DNA of 64,000 nt from an uncultured delta proteobacterium. GTDB taxonomy: Bacteria; Myxococcota_A; Polyangia; Polyangiales; Polyangiaceae. A model generated the notes under the pieces. That model had not been told where the DNA came from. It did no database searches and was given only the letters and a program-made list of their open reading frames with translations. The translations under genes were made by a program, and so were the position numbers. Positions 55,369 through 64,000 of the stretch are shown here, one piece after another. The stretch lies in contig CAWJCS010000003.1 in NCBI GenBank assembly GCA_963841435.1, forward strand, positions 1,056,001 to 1,120,000, given 5' to 3'. The stretch's first letter is position 1, and each line of letters begins with the position of its first letter.

Positions 55369-57333
55369 ATGCGACGGTCAAACGTAACGAAAAGCTGGCA
55401 AGCCCGCTGGCTGGCTCGAGGCATCGTCCTCGTCGGTCTGTTGGTCGGTGCCTCGTGCTCCCAGGACCCGGGCCAGCCGTCGTCACCGGCCCCGAGCGGT
55501 CCTGGTAGCTGCATCGCGCCTGCCCAAGCCTGCAACGGCGCCTGCGCCAACCTGTCAGTCGATCCGACGAACTGCGGGACCTGCGGCGTGGCATGCCTCG
55601 CCGGACAGGCCTGTCAGGCGGGACACTGCACGCTGAGCTGCACGGCGCCCGAGCTCGACTGTGGGGGCCTCTGCGCCAACCCCGCGAGCAATGCGCTGCA
55701 CTGCGGCGGCTGCAACCGGCCCTGTGCGTCCGGCCAGATCTGTCAGAGCGGGGCCTGCGTGACCGGGAGCTGCGCGGCGGGGCAGTCCCTGTGCAACGGC
55801 GCCTGCGTCGATACGCTCGTTGACCTTGCGAACTGCGGCGGCTGCGCCGCTGCCTGTGCGGTGGGCCAGAGCTGCCAGGCGGGAATGTGCGTCGCTGCAG
55901 GGTGCCCTTTTGGGCAGTCGCCGTGCAGCGGCGTTTGCACCGACCTGACCACCCCCACGAACTGTGGGGGCTGCGGGGCGACATGTGCCGTCGGTCAAAG
56001 CTGCCAGGCGGGAATGTGCGTCACCGACCAAGGGAGCGCTGGAAGCGCCGGCGCGGGCGCCGGAGGCACTGCAGGAACGGGCGCGGGCGGAAATGCCGGG
56101 ACGAGCACGGGTGGTATTGCCGGAACGAGCCCCGGAGGCGCAGGGGGAACGAGCGGCGGCGCCGGGCAAGGCGGCACCGCGACCGGCGGCAGCGGCAGCG
56201 GCGGAACCGGTCCAGGCGTCAGTGAGTCGTCCAGTTGCCCGAACATCACCTGGCCGACCGCCAATGGCTCGAAGAACCTCGGCGGCGGGATGACCGTGGC
56301 CGCGAATCAGGTCTACGACGGCGGCATGGCGGTCCACGAGGGGTCACTCGAGGACTGCTCCACCGGCAATCAAGACACGGTGGCTCCGCTCATCGACGTC
56401 GCCAATGGCGGCACGGTGCGAAACGTCATCATGGGCAAGAATGTCGGCGACGGCATTCACTGCGAAGGCTCGTGCACGATCGAGAACGTGTGGTTCCCGT
56501 ACGTCTGCGACGACGCGATATCGGTGCTCGGCTCGGGCACGGTGTCGATCAAGAACTCGGGCTTCAAGAACGCTCGCGACAAGACCATCCAGCACAACGG
56601 GACCGCCAGCGTCACCATCGACAACGTGTACGTCGAGACCGCAGGCAAGCTCTACCGCTCCTGTGGCGAGGGCTGCAGCAGCAGCTCGAGCCGCACGGCG
56701 ACCCTCTCGAACATCGTCGCAATCGGAGTCGACCAAATTGCCGGCGCGAGCGAACGCGACACGGTCACCCTCAAGAACATCTGCATGTACCGCAGCTCGG
56801 CGGTCTGCACCGTTTACAAGCCGGGCACGAGCGACGAGTCCACCACGGGCGTCAATAGCTCCGACGAGGGGCCCAATTCGAATTGCAAATTCACGTCTGG
56901 GGACACGCATGCGTTGTTGACTCGCGTCGGCGGCATTCCTTTCACGACGGACGCCGTCTGCGGTGGCCCCAACGCCTACAAGTCGGGCAGCACGGCGACG
57001 AGCTGCGTGTCTGGCTTCGACAAGTGTTTGAAGGCGTGCATGCCGGGCGGCTATGGGTTCAAGGAAATCACCTGCACGAACGGGCGATATGCCGAAGGGA
57101 CCGGCGCGATCTGCGCCATGCCCACCGATCCCACGGCGGCGCAGAACCTCGCTCAGGCGCGAGTCACGTCCGGCGCCTCGGCGATGGTCAACAACAACGA
57201 CGATTGCCCGACGGAGTGGGCGCTCGGCATCGAAACCTCGAACAACGCCAACTACTGCGTCTGCGTGCACAAGCCGGGCTACTACCAACACGACAACTGG
57301 CTCGCTTGGGACTGTCAGCGCAGGTGGTGGTAG
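55369..57333 (+). CDS. PL3 pectate lyase, putative lipoprotein with Cys-rich repeats, a Gly linker and a C-terminal Cys-rich domain
   Basis: AAGGAGG RBS, ATG 55369; GIHCEGSCTIENVW, CDDAIS, DKTIQHNG, GKLYRSCG. Confidence 0.85.
   Translation: MRRSNVTKSWQARWLARGIVLVGLLVGASCSQDPGQPSSPAPSGPGSCIAPAQACNGACANLSVDPTNCGTCGVACLAGQACQAGHCTLSCTAPELDCGGLCANPASNALHCGGCNRPCASGQICQSGACVTGSCAAGQSLCNGACVDTLVDLANCGGCAAACAVGQSCQAGMCVAAGCPFGQSPCSGVCTDLTTPTNCGGCGATCAVGQSCQAGMCVTDQGSAGSAGAGAGGTAGTGAGGNAGTSTGGIAGTSPGGAGGTSGGAGQGGTATGGSGSGGTGPGVSESSSCPNITWPTANGSKNLGGGMTVAANQVYDGGMAVHEGSLEDCSTGNQDTVAPLIDVANGGTVRNVIMGKNVGDGIHCEGSCTIENVWFPYVCDDAISVLGSGTVSIKNSGFKNARDKTIQHNGTASVTIDNVYVETAGKLYRSCGEGCSSSSSRTATLSNIVAIGVDQIAGASERDTVTLKNICMYRSSAVCTVYKPGTSDESTTGVNSSDEGPNSNCKFTSGDTHALLTRVGGIPFTTDAVCGGPNAYKSGSTATSCVSGFDKCLKACMPGGYGFKEITCTNGRYAEGTGAICAMPTDPTAAQNLAQARVTSGASAMVNNNDDCPTEWALGIETSNNANYCVCVHKPGYYQHDNWLAWDCQRRWW
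55510..56022 (+). repeat. Four tandem Cys-rich units (C..G.C.....NCG.C...C..GQ.C..G.C; Stig1/MXAN_6577-like)
   Basis: Repeated NCGxC/HCGGC units; AVGQSCQAGMCV occurs twice. Confidence 0.8.
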
Positions 57334-57336
57334 CGC

Positions 57337-58998
57337 GTGCCGCTCGGAACCAAGCTCAAGACCCTCCGCGCCGCGTTCCTGGTCTCGCTGGCGCTGCCTG
57401 GGGCCTGCACGGACAACGCGCCTTCGCGCGACGTCAACGGCGGCCCTACGAAGGATGCCGGAGCGGGCTCTGGCGGAACCGGTGCAAAGCCCCCGGACGC
57501 CTCGGGGGGGACGGCAGGAACGGCCGGCACGACGGGCGGCGCCTCGGGCGCCAGCGGCTCGGACGCCGGACCGAGCGTCGATGCGTGTCTGCCCGAATGC
57601 AACGACCCGAATGGCTGCGAGCTCACGCCCCTCGAGCAAGCCGAGGTGGACTTCTGCAGGCTCTACGCGAAACGCTGCCCCGACCAGCCGGCGGACGTGC
57701 TGATGGACCCTGGTCCCGGCAAATCCGTCCCTGCGGGCCCCGTCGCACCCTCCACCCTCGCGCGGCCGCAGCTCGGCGAGGCCGAAGCCGACGGCCTTTA
57801 CACGCTCGAGAAGACCTTCGAGGCGGGCGGCATTTACACGGTCAGCTATTCCGGCGGTGGAACGGGCGGCGACGCGGCGGGTGCCGGCGGCGAGGGCGGT
57901 GACGGGACCGGAGCCGGTGGCGAGGGAGGCAGCGGCGTCAGCGAGCCGCTCGGAGAGCGGACCCTGTCATACACCTCCGAGGACGACTGGGATCCAAGAG
58001 GCGACATCGAAGACGTGACGAAGATCGTCCCGGGCCTCGTCGTCGATCCGGACGGCGATCCGGAAATGGACGGCACCTACAAGACGATCCAGTCGGCGAT
58101 CAGCGCTGCCGTCGTGGTCGCGGGGTGCCCGCGGGTCTTCATCAAGGTCATGCCGGGCACGTACCGTGAAAAGATCACGGTGCCCGCGAAGACCTCCTCG
58201 CCGCCCGTCACGCTTTACGGTGTCGACCGCGACCCGAGCCAGATCGTGATCGTCGCCGGCCACTCGGCAGCAGGCGCCGAGGGCGACGGTACACCGCTCA
58301 CCATTCACCAGTCGGCCACGTTCTCGAATTCGCTGCCCCAGGCCTTCCAGGCGAGAAACCTCACGATCGCCAACGACTACGTCGCCGGGACCTGGCCGGG
58401 CGACGCGGAGAGCCAGACCGCCGTTGCCCTTTTGAACCAGGGCGACAGGGCGGCGTTCGACAACGTTCGCATCGTCGGCCATCGCAACACCCTGTACGTC
58501 AAGTCAACGGGAACCAACGAGGTGGCACGCGCCTACTTTCGGAACTGCTACATCGAAGGGGACGAGGACATCATCCTCGGGCGAGGGGCGGCGGTGATCG
58601 ACGGGTGCCGCATCCATTCGCTCGGCGATCGCGTCTCGAGCGGCGCCATCGCGGCGCCGTCAACGCGCGTGGACAACCCACACGGGCTCCTGATCATCAA
58701 CAGTCAATTCACCGCCGACGCGAGCGTCTCGGACGTCTACCTCGGCCACCAGTGGTACGAGGGCGAAACCGAAGAGGCAGTCGGAAAGACGATCGTTCGC
58801 AACTCGATACTCGGCGCGCACATTCGCCTGGGGGACCCCTGGGCGCCGACGCTGCGCCTGACACCCAACAACCCGACGCTGCCCGAGCCCCTCGTCCTCT
58901 ACACGTCGGACGACTACTACGCACCTGGAACCGGTCTGATTCCGCCCGAGATCTTTGTGGCGGAATTCGGCAACTCCGGTCCAGGCGCCGCCCAGTGA
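57337..58998 (+). CDS. CE8 pectinesterase-fold putative lipoprotein, YbhC-like
   Basis: TIQSAI, GTYREKI, SATF, QTAVAL, GHRNTLY, YIEGDEDIILGRG, APST, YLGHQW, AEFGNSGPG. Confidence 0.8.
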   Translation: MPLGTKLKTLRAAFLVSLALPGACTDNAPSRDVNGGPTKDAGAGSGGTGAKPPDASGGTAGTAGTTGGASGASGSDAGPSVDACLPECNDPNGCELTPLEQAEVDFCRLYAKRCPDQPADVLMDPGPGKSVPAGPVAPSTLARPQLGEAEADGLYTLEKTFEAGGIYTVSYSGGGTGGDAAGAGGEGGDGTGAGGEGGSGVSEPLGERTLSYTSEDDWDPRGDIEDVTKIVPGLVVDPDGDPEMDGTYKTIQSAISAAVVVAGCPRVFIKVMPGTYREKITVPAKTSSPPVTLYGVDRDPSQIVIVAGHSAAGAEGDGTPLTIHQSATFSNSLPQAFQARNLTIANDYVAGTWPGDAESQTAVALLNQGDRAAFDNVRIVGHRNTLYVKSTGTNEVARAYFRNCYIEGDEDIILGRGAAVIDGCRIHSLGDRVSSGAIAAPSTRVDNPHGLLIINSQFTADASVSDVYLGHQWYEGETEEAVGKTIVRNSILGAHIRLGDPWAPTLRLTPNNPTLPEPLVLYTSDDYYAPGTGLIPPEIFVAEFGNSGPGAAQ

Positions 58999-59036
58999 AG
59001 CAGATGAAAACCCCGCTAGGAGCTCAGACGAACATC

Positions 59037-60767
59037 ATGAAACGCTCAGCCATGCGATCATCAGGCAAGAACGTGAGCGCTCTGCTCACTTGGCTGTTTC
59101 GAGGCTCGATCCTCGTGGGCATGCCGTGCCTCGTCGGCTGCTCCTCGGGGGAAACACCACCGGCGTCGGACACGCCGAACAACCCGGTCACGTGCACGGC
59201 GCCCGAGGTCGATTGTGGCGGACGCTGCGTCAACCCCGCGAGCAACGCGCTCCACTGCGGCGGATGCAACCAGGCGTGCGGGTCCGGAGAAATCTGCGAA
59301 GGCAGCTCCTGTGTGACCGGCAGCTGCCCGACAGGACAGGACTTGTGCAACGGAGCTTGTGTCGACAAGCAGACGGATCCCGCGAACTGCGGAGCCTGTG
59401 ATGCCCCATGCCCCTCGGGCCAGAGCTGCGACTCCGGCGCCTGCGTCGGCGGCGGCAGCGGCGCGGGTGGGACCGGTGGAGCCGGTGGCAGCGGCGTCGG
59501 GGGGAGCAGCGGAGCCGGCGGCGGTTCCGGAGCCGGTGGCACGGGCGCGTCGAGCGGAACCGGAGGCGACGCGGGAGCCAGCGGCAGCGGTGCCGGCGGG
59601 AGCAGCGGAACCGGCGGTGACGCGGGAGCCAGCGGCACGGGCGCGTCGAGCGGAACCGGAGGCGGCTCAGGAACGGGCGGAACCGCAGGCAGCGCCGGAA
59701 CGGGCGGCAGCGGGGGCGGCACGAGCGGTGACTGCCGCGTCTGGCTCGCTACGGACGGCAACGACAGCAACGACGGGTCCGAGGCTTCGCCGGTCAAGAC
59801 GCTGCTGCATGCCTACGACCTGATGTGTCCGAAACCCCCCGACGGCACCGAGAACGGGGCGGAGTGCCTGGGCGCCGCGCCGAGGACCATCTGCGCGAAG
59901 GCCGGCACGTACCCGGTAACGGAGCGCTTGGAATTCAAGAAGACCCGCATGGGGACGGCGAGCAATCGCCTCATTCTGCAGGGCGATCCGGGCTCCACGG
60001 AGAGGCCGGTGTTCGACTTCCGCACCCAGGAGCGCCTCACTTGCGGGGCCAACCCCGACAACATCGGCGGCCTGACCGTCAATGCAAACTACGTGACGGT
60101 CAAGAACATCGCCGTACGAGGCGCCAACGACAACTGCATTCTGGTGCAAGGCAGCGAGGGTATGATCGAGCACGTCCTGACTTACGAGTGCGCCGACACC
60201 GGAATCCAGATCAGCTCCGGCGGCGAATTCACGGGCAGCGGCACGAACAATACGATCCTCAACTGCGATTCGCACAGCAACTACGACGTGCAGTGCAGCG
60301 GAGAGAACGCCGACGGCTTTGCCATCAAGGAGGGCACGGGAACGGGCAATGCGTTCATCGGTTGCCGCTCCTGGGACAACACCGACGACGGCTACGATCT
60401 CTACGCCTGGACCTCACCGGTGCGCGTCGAGAATTGCTGGGCCTTCGACCAGAGCAAGACCACCCAGGACACTGGCAGCGACGGCAATGGCTTCAAGCTC
60501 GGTGGCGACGGTGTCTCGGCCACTCACCAGCTCAAGGATCTGATCGCGGTCGGCAACAGCCGCGGCACGGGCAACGGCTTCACGGAGAATTCGAATCCGG
60601 CGTCGATGACCTGTACCGGGACCTGCGCTTCCTGGGGCAACAAGGTGGACGTCAACTCTATCGGCGGCGTGAGCACCACCGCGATCGGCAACGCCAACGT
60701 CACCAACATGGCCGCCGACAGCGCTCGCAATGCCGACGGGAGCCTGAAGTCGATCTCGTCGCTCTGA
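59037..60767 (+). CDS. PL9 pectate lyase (PelL-like) lipoprotein with Cys-rich repeats and a Gly linker
   Basis: LVGC lipobox; GNDSNDGS..P, DTGIQIS, NCDSHSNYD, ENADGFAIK, WDNTDDGYD, DGNGFKLGG; start could be 59004 or 59052. Confidence 0.88.
   Translation: MKRSAMRSSGKNVSALLTWLFRGSILVGMPCLVGCSSGETPPASDTPNNPVTCTAPEVDCGGRCVNPASNALHCGGCNQACGSGEICEGSSCVTGSCPTGQDLCNGACVDKQTDPANCGACDAPCPSGQSCDSGACVGGGSGAGGTGGAGGSGVGGSSGAGGGSGAGGTGASSGTGGDAGASGSGAGGSSGTGGDAGASGTGASSGTGGGSGTGGTAGSAGTGGSGGGTSGDCRVWLATDGNDSNDGSEASPVKTLLHAYDLMCPKPPDGTENGAECLGAAPRTICAKAGTYPVTERLEFKKTRMGTASNRLILQGDPGSTERPVFDFRTQERLTCGANPDNIGGLTVNANYVTVKNIAVRGANDNCILVQGSEGMIEHVLTYECADTGIQISSGGEFTGSGTNNTILNCDSHSNYDVQCSGENADGFAIKEGTGTGNAFIGCRSWDNTDDGYDLYAWTSPVRVENCWAFDQSKTTQDTGSDGNGFKLGGDGVSATHQLKDLIAVGNSRGTGNGFTENSNPASMTCTGTCASWGNKVDVNSIGGVSTTAIGNANVTNMAADSARNADGSLKSISSL
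59455..59730 (+). repeat. Gly/Ser/Thr linker with internal DNA duplications
   Basis: GGCACGGGCGCGTCGAGCGGAACCGGAGGC at ~59538 and ~59634; GACGCGGGAGCCAGCGGCA occurs twice. Confidence 0.7.
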
Positions 60768-60799
60768 CGCTCGAAGAGAAACGGCACGAGTCGATCTCG

Positions 60800-61618
60800 A
60801 TGAAAGCAGCGCGCCTCCTTCGCCATTTCATGCTGGTCGCCCTGGGCGTCGGCGCGCCGTCCTGCTTCACGGACAACCCGGCGTCTTATCGGGGCATTTT
60901 AGGGCCCGAGAGGAAGCCGACCGAGGGGCCTTCTTTGCCCTCGGGCGGCGCCGGCACCGGCGGGACCGCGGGCGCCACGGCGGGAGGCCCCGCGGCGGGC
61001 GCCGGCGGAGCATCCGCGGGCAGTGCGGGAACGAGCGAAGCAGGAGAGGCAGGCGCCGGCGAGGGCGGCAACGGCGCGACGGCCGCAACCGGTGGCAAGG
61101 GCGGCAGCAGTGGAGCGAGTGGAACCGGTGTGACGGCCGGAACCGGGGCCACCGAAGAGAATCCTCCCATCGATCCGAACTTCTCCCCGGCTTGCTTCAT
61201 GGGCCCGACCGAAGCCGGCGAGGAGATCAAGAAGGGCACTCCCTGCACCTCCGCGGATCCACCCGTGTGCTACCGCCCGTGCGGGCCCAATCAAACGGGG
61301 TGGAAGGCGGAGACCTGTCTCGCCGGCGTGTATGCCGAAGGTGACTGCACGTTCCCACCCGAGAAGGATTACGGCTGCTATGCGATCCCCAACGTCATCG
61401 ACGAGAGCGCGTGCGGGGTCGATGCTGCCCCCGCCGCGACCGACGAGTGCAACGCGCCGTTGTGCATGACCTGCAACTTCGGCGGCTTCTACCAGGACAG
61501 CGGCTCCAACGCGAAGGAGGGGTATTGCACCTGCAGGGAGCCCGACAAGGAAGGCGTGCGTCGCTGGACGTGCGCCAGCACCACCGCGTGGCCCTGCCCC
61601 TTCAACCAAGGCTGTTGA
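60800..61618 (+). CDS. Non-catalytic Cys-rich putative lipoprotein
   Basis: ATG 60800; signal ending GAPSC, Gly linker, Cys-rich domain resembling the PL3 C-terminus. Confidence 0.75.
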   Translation: MKAARLLRHFMLVALGVGAPSCFTDNPASYRGILGPERKPTEGPSLPSGGAGTGGTAGATAGGPAAGAGGASAGSAGTSEAGEAGAGEGGNGATAATGGKGGSSGASGTGVTAGTGATEENPPIDPNFSPACFMGPTEAGEEIKKGTPCTSADPPVCYRPCGPNQTGWKAETCLAGVYAEGDCTFPPEKDYGCYAIPNVIDESACGVDAAPAATDECNAPLCMTCNFGGFYQDSGSNAKEGYCTCREPDKEGVRRWTCASTTAWPCPFNQGC

Positions 61619-63225
61619 TGTTGCGCTTCCTACTCATTGCCCTCATCGGCACCCTTTCGCTCGTCGGCTGTGGCGGACTGCAAAACGACCCCGCGGGCTA
61701 CGAGTACGTGTGTGACACGAGCCAGGAGGCCGCCTTCGACTACTCGGGCGGGCTGGTTCACTGCGGTGAGGGCGATCCGAATCTGCCGCCCGAGCCAACG
61801 CTCCCCACCGATGTGTGCCGCACGCTCGTGGCGAACAAGTCAACTCCCGACGAGAGCGACCTCGATACGGCCCGCGTGCAGGCTGCGCTCGACGCGTGCA
61901 GGGGCAGGGCCGTCAAGCTGGTCGCGAACGGTGCGAACAACGCCTTCATCACCTCGCACATCGAGATCGACAGCGTCGTCTTGTGGGTCGACGAGGGAGT
62001 CTGGCTCTACGCCTCGCGCAATCCCGACCTCTACCAGGAATCGGGCAACTGCGGAAAGCCTGGGCTCACCGACTCCGGTGCTTGCCTCGACTTCATCCAG
62101 GTGCGCGGCACGAGCCCCGGCATCGTCGGTAGTGGCCACATCGACGGCCAGGGCGGAGAGCCCCTCGTCGGTCAAGACTACTCCTGGTGGCAGCTCTCGG
62201 GGGCGCTAAGAGGCATCAACGGCAGCATCGGCAATCCTCAGCTCATCAACCTCGAGCGCGGCGTCACGGGATTCGTGCTGTACGGCGTCCACCTGCACGA
62301 CGCCGCGAAGTTCCACGTCAAGATCACCGCCGCACCCGAAGACGGCATCTGCGACGTCCCCGGCAAGGGCTACACCATCTGGGGCATCACCATCCTCACG
62401 CCCCGCAAGCTCTACAACAGCCAGGGGATCCTGATGACGCCGCACTTTGCACGCAACACGGACGGAATCGATCCGGGCACGACCAACTCCGCCACGTGCG
62501 GCGTCATCGCCTGCAACACCGTGAGCACGGCCGATGACCAGATCGCCATCAAGGGCGGCCACCTGGTCAAGGATCTGATCATCGCCCACAACCATTTCGG
62601 CACCGGCCACGGCCTGTCGATCGGCAGCGAAACGTACGGCCAGACCATCAACACCGAGGGGGAGGTGGAGCGCGGAATACAGAACGTCTTGGCCTACGAC
62701 ATCACCATCGATGCCGATTCTCGCAGCGTGGGCTACGACGCCACGGACGCGGACTTCAACGGCATTCGCATCAAGAGCGACATCAGCCGCGGCGGGTTGG
62801 TCGAGAACATCGTGTATCGCGACATCTGTATGCGAGACATGAACAACCCCTTGCTGATCAGCACGGCCTACAACCCCCTGTACGCCGGCGATCTGTTCCC
62901 CCAGTTCGGGTCGGTGACGTTCCAGGACGTGCGCCACGTCACGTGCATGAATACCAAACCCCTCGCGGTCAGCATGGAGGGACACAGCACGGTGCGCCGC
63001 GCGGGGCCCATCATCCTCGACAACGTGGTCATCGACAACATCGGCCCCCCGAACGTGTACTCGGAGTACGCCGACATCGTGATCGGGCCCGGTGGCGCCA
63101 ACTTCCGCCCCGCCGGCCCGGACGTGAACGTGACGGACAACAGCAGCGGGACGAGCACTCCCAAGCAGTGCGTCTTTCCGAAGCTGCCCGCCCCCGAGCT
63201 CCCGGAAGGCTGGCTCAGGGAGTGA
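61618..63225 (+). CDS. GH28 polygalacturonase lipoprotein
   Basis: TGATG coupling, LVGC lipobox; NTDG, DD, GHG, RIK catalytic motifs. Confidence 0.92.
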   Translation: MLRFLLIALIGTLSLVGCGGLQNDPAGYEYVCDTSQEAAFDYSGGLVHCGEGDPNLPPEPTLPTDVCRTLVANKSTPDESDLDTARVQAALDACRGRAVKLVANGANNAFITSHIEIDSVVLWVDEGVWLYASRNPDLYQESGNCGKPGLTDSGACLDFIQVRGTSPGIVGSGHIDGQGGEPLVGQDYSWWQLSGALRGINGSIGNPQLINLERGVTGFVLYGVHLHDAAKFHVKITAAPEDGICDVPGKGYTIWGITILTPRKLYNSQGILMTPHFARNTDGIDPGTTNSATCGVIACNTVSTADDQIAIKGGHLVKDLIIAHNHFGTGHGLSIGSETYGQTINTEGEVERGIQNVLAYDITIDADSRSVGYDATDADFNGIRIKSDISRGGLVENIVYRDICMRDMNNPLLISTAYNPLYAGDLFPQFGSVTFQDVRHVTCMNTKPLAVSMEGHSTVRRAGPIILDNVVIDNIGPPNVYSEYADIVIGPGGANFRPAGPDVNVTDNSSGTSTPKQCVFPKLPAPELPEGWLRE

Positions 63226-64000
63226 TGATGACCAAGCGACGGTCCGGAAGAACCCTCGTGCATGGGCCCAGGCGTGCACTCTGCTGGGCGCTCGTGTGCG
63301 CCGCATCGCTCGTTGGCTCCGCCGCTTGCTGGTCGGATCCCGCAGCGCTCGACGGAACCTGCGAGGTCCTCCCCCCCTCGGTCCTCGACTGCCGCGTCGC
63401 GGGTTACGACGATGCGCTCCAGCCGGCCGGCCTCGTGGCGTATGGGTGCACCGGCTCGGCGCGACCGGACCTCGGCGCGACCATCTCGGAGGGAGTCCCG
63501 TCGGGCGTCTTGTGCGCCGACAAGGGCCCCATCGAAGGCTCCGACGAGCAGACGTATTGCTGCACCGAGAACGTCGTCCCCTGCGCCTACAATCCCGCCG
63601 AGGAGTGCGAGCAAGGCACCGTCGGCTACGAGTGCTGGGGCAACAACCGGCCCGAATCGCTGAATCCCGCGATCTCGTGCGGCAACGGCACCAGCGAGCG
63701 CGGTCTCGATCACTACTGCTGCACCGGACGGCCGGAGCCGTCTCCCTGCAAGGAGTCGACCGCGGTCGGCTGCGGGGATCGGTTGCTCGGCTTTCTGTGC
63801 GAGGGTGACGGGCTGCCGCGAGGGGAAGACTGGGGCGCCAACAAGAGCCGGGCGGACACCTTCTATCCGATTTGCAGCATCGCAAGGCCGGCTCCGAACC
63901 CCGCTTTCAACAGCTACTGCTGCTACGTGAGCCTGCCCGTACCGGCCGGCGGGACTTGTGAACGCAGCCCCAACGTACCGGGCTGTGCGCCGGGTCGCTT
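63225..64000 (+). CDS. Cys-rich repeat putative lipoprotein, partial (runs off the window end)
   Basis: Manual translation from TGATG at 63225: signal ending GSAAC; three repeats each ending in YCC. Confidence 0.75.
   Translation, partial: MMTKRRSGRTLVHGPRRALCWALVCAASLVGSAACWSDPAALDGTCEVLPPSVLDCRVAGYDDALQPAGLVAYGCTGSARPDLGATISEGVPSGVLCADKGPIEGSDEQTYCCTENVVPCAYNPAEECEQGTVGYECWGNNRPESLNPAISCGNGTSERGLDHYCCTGRPEPSPCKESTAVGCGDRLLGFLCEGDGLPRGEDWGANKSRADTFYPICSIARPAPNPAFNSYCCYVSLPVPAGGTCERSPNVPGCAPGR

Noticed and set aside
1-64000. tRNA/rRNA genes, CRISPR arrays, transposases, integrases, prophage or defence systems
   Set aside because: None recognised by eye; a covariance-model and HMM scan would be needed to exclude them fully

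Overview
High-GC bacterial DNA whose gene content points to a myxobacterium, probably Polyangiaceae/Sorangiineae-like (AgmX/PglI-type, DUF2378/TIGR02265 and Cys/Gly-rich lipoprotein families); the taxonomy is an inference. From left to right: (1) a housekeeping run (thiO, purN, FAD oxidoreductase, rsmD, truA) leading into a probable ceramide pathway (Spt, GNAT bCerS-like, SDR CerR-like); (2) a Pho-box-preceded pst operon with two unusual features, a PhoU fused to a catalytically dead ArsC/LMW-PTP domain and two PstB ATPases with complementary degenerate motifs; (3) trpE, dnaJ, an orphan FliI/SctN ATPase and a candidate sRNA; (4) a CDP-sugar/methyltransferase/GT-C surface-glycan locus; (5) a HiPIP, and two hybrid kinases flanking a DUF2378 + ThDP enzyme + atypical KAS III unit; (6) an ECF/anti-sigma cassette, a second ECF and XylR; (7) an operon of putative lipoprotein pectinases (PL3, YbhC-like CE8, PL9, GH28) with shared Cys-rich modules. 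I found seven apparent reading-frame errors. Six are a one-base A/T duplication inside GATC or TCGA, which suggests systematic (possibly methylation-linked) sequencing error rather than true pseudogenes. No rRNA, tRNA, CRISPR array or mobile element was recognised. All family calls come from reading motifs by eye; no searches were run.
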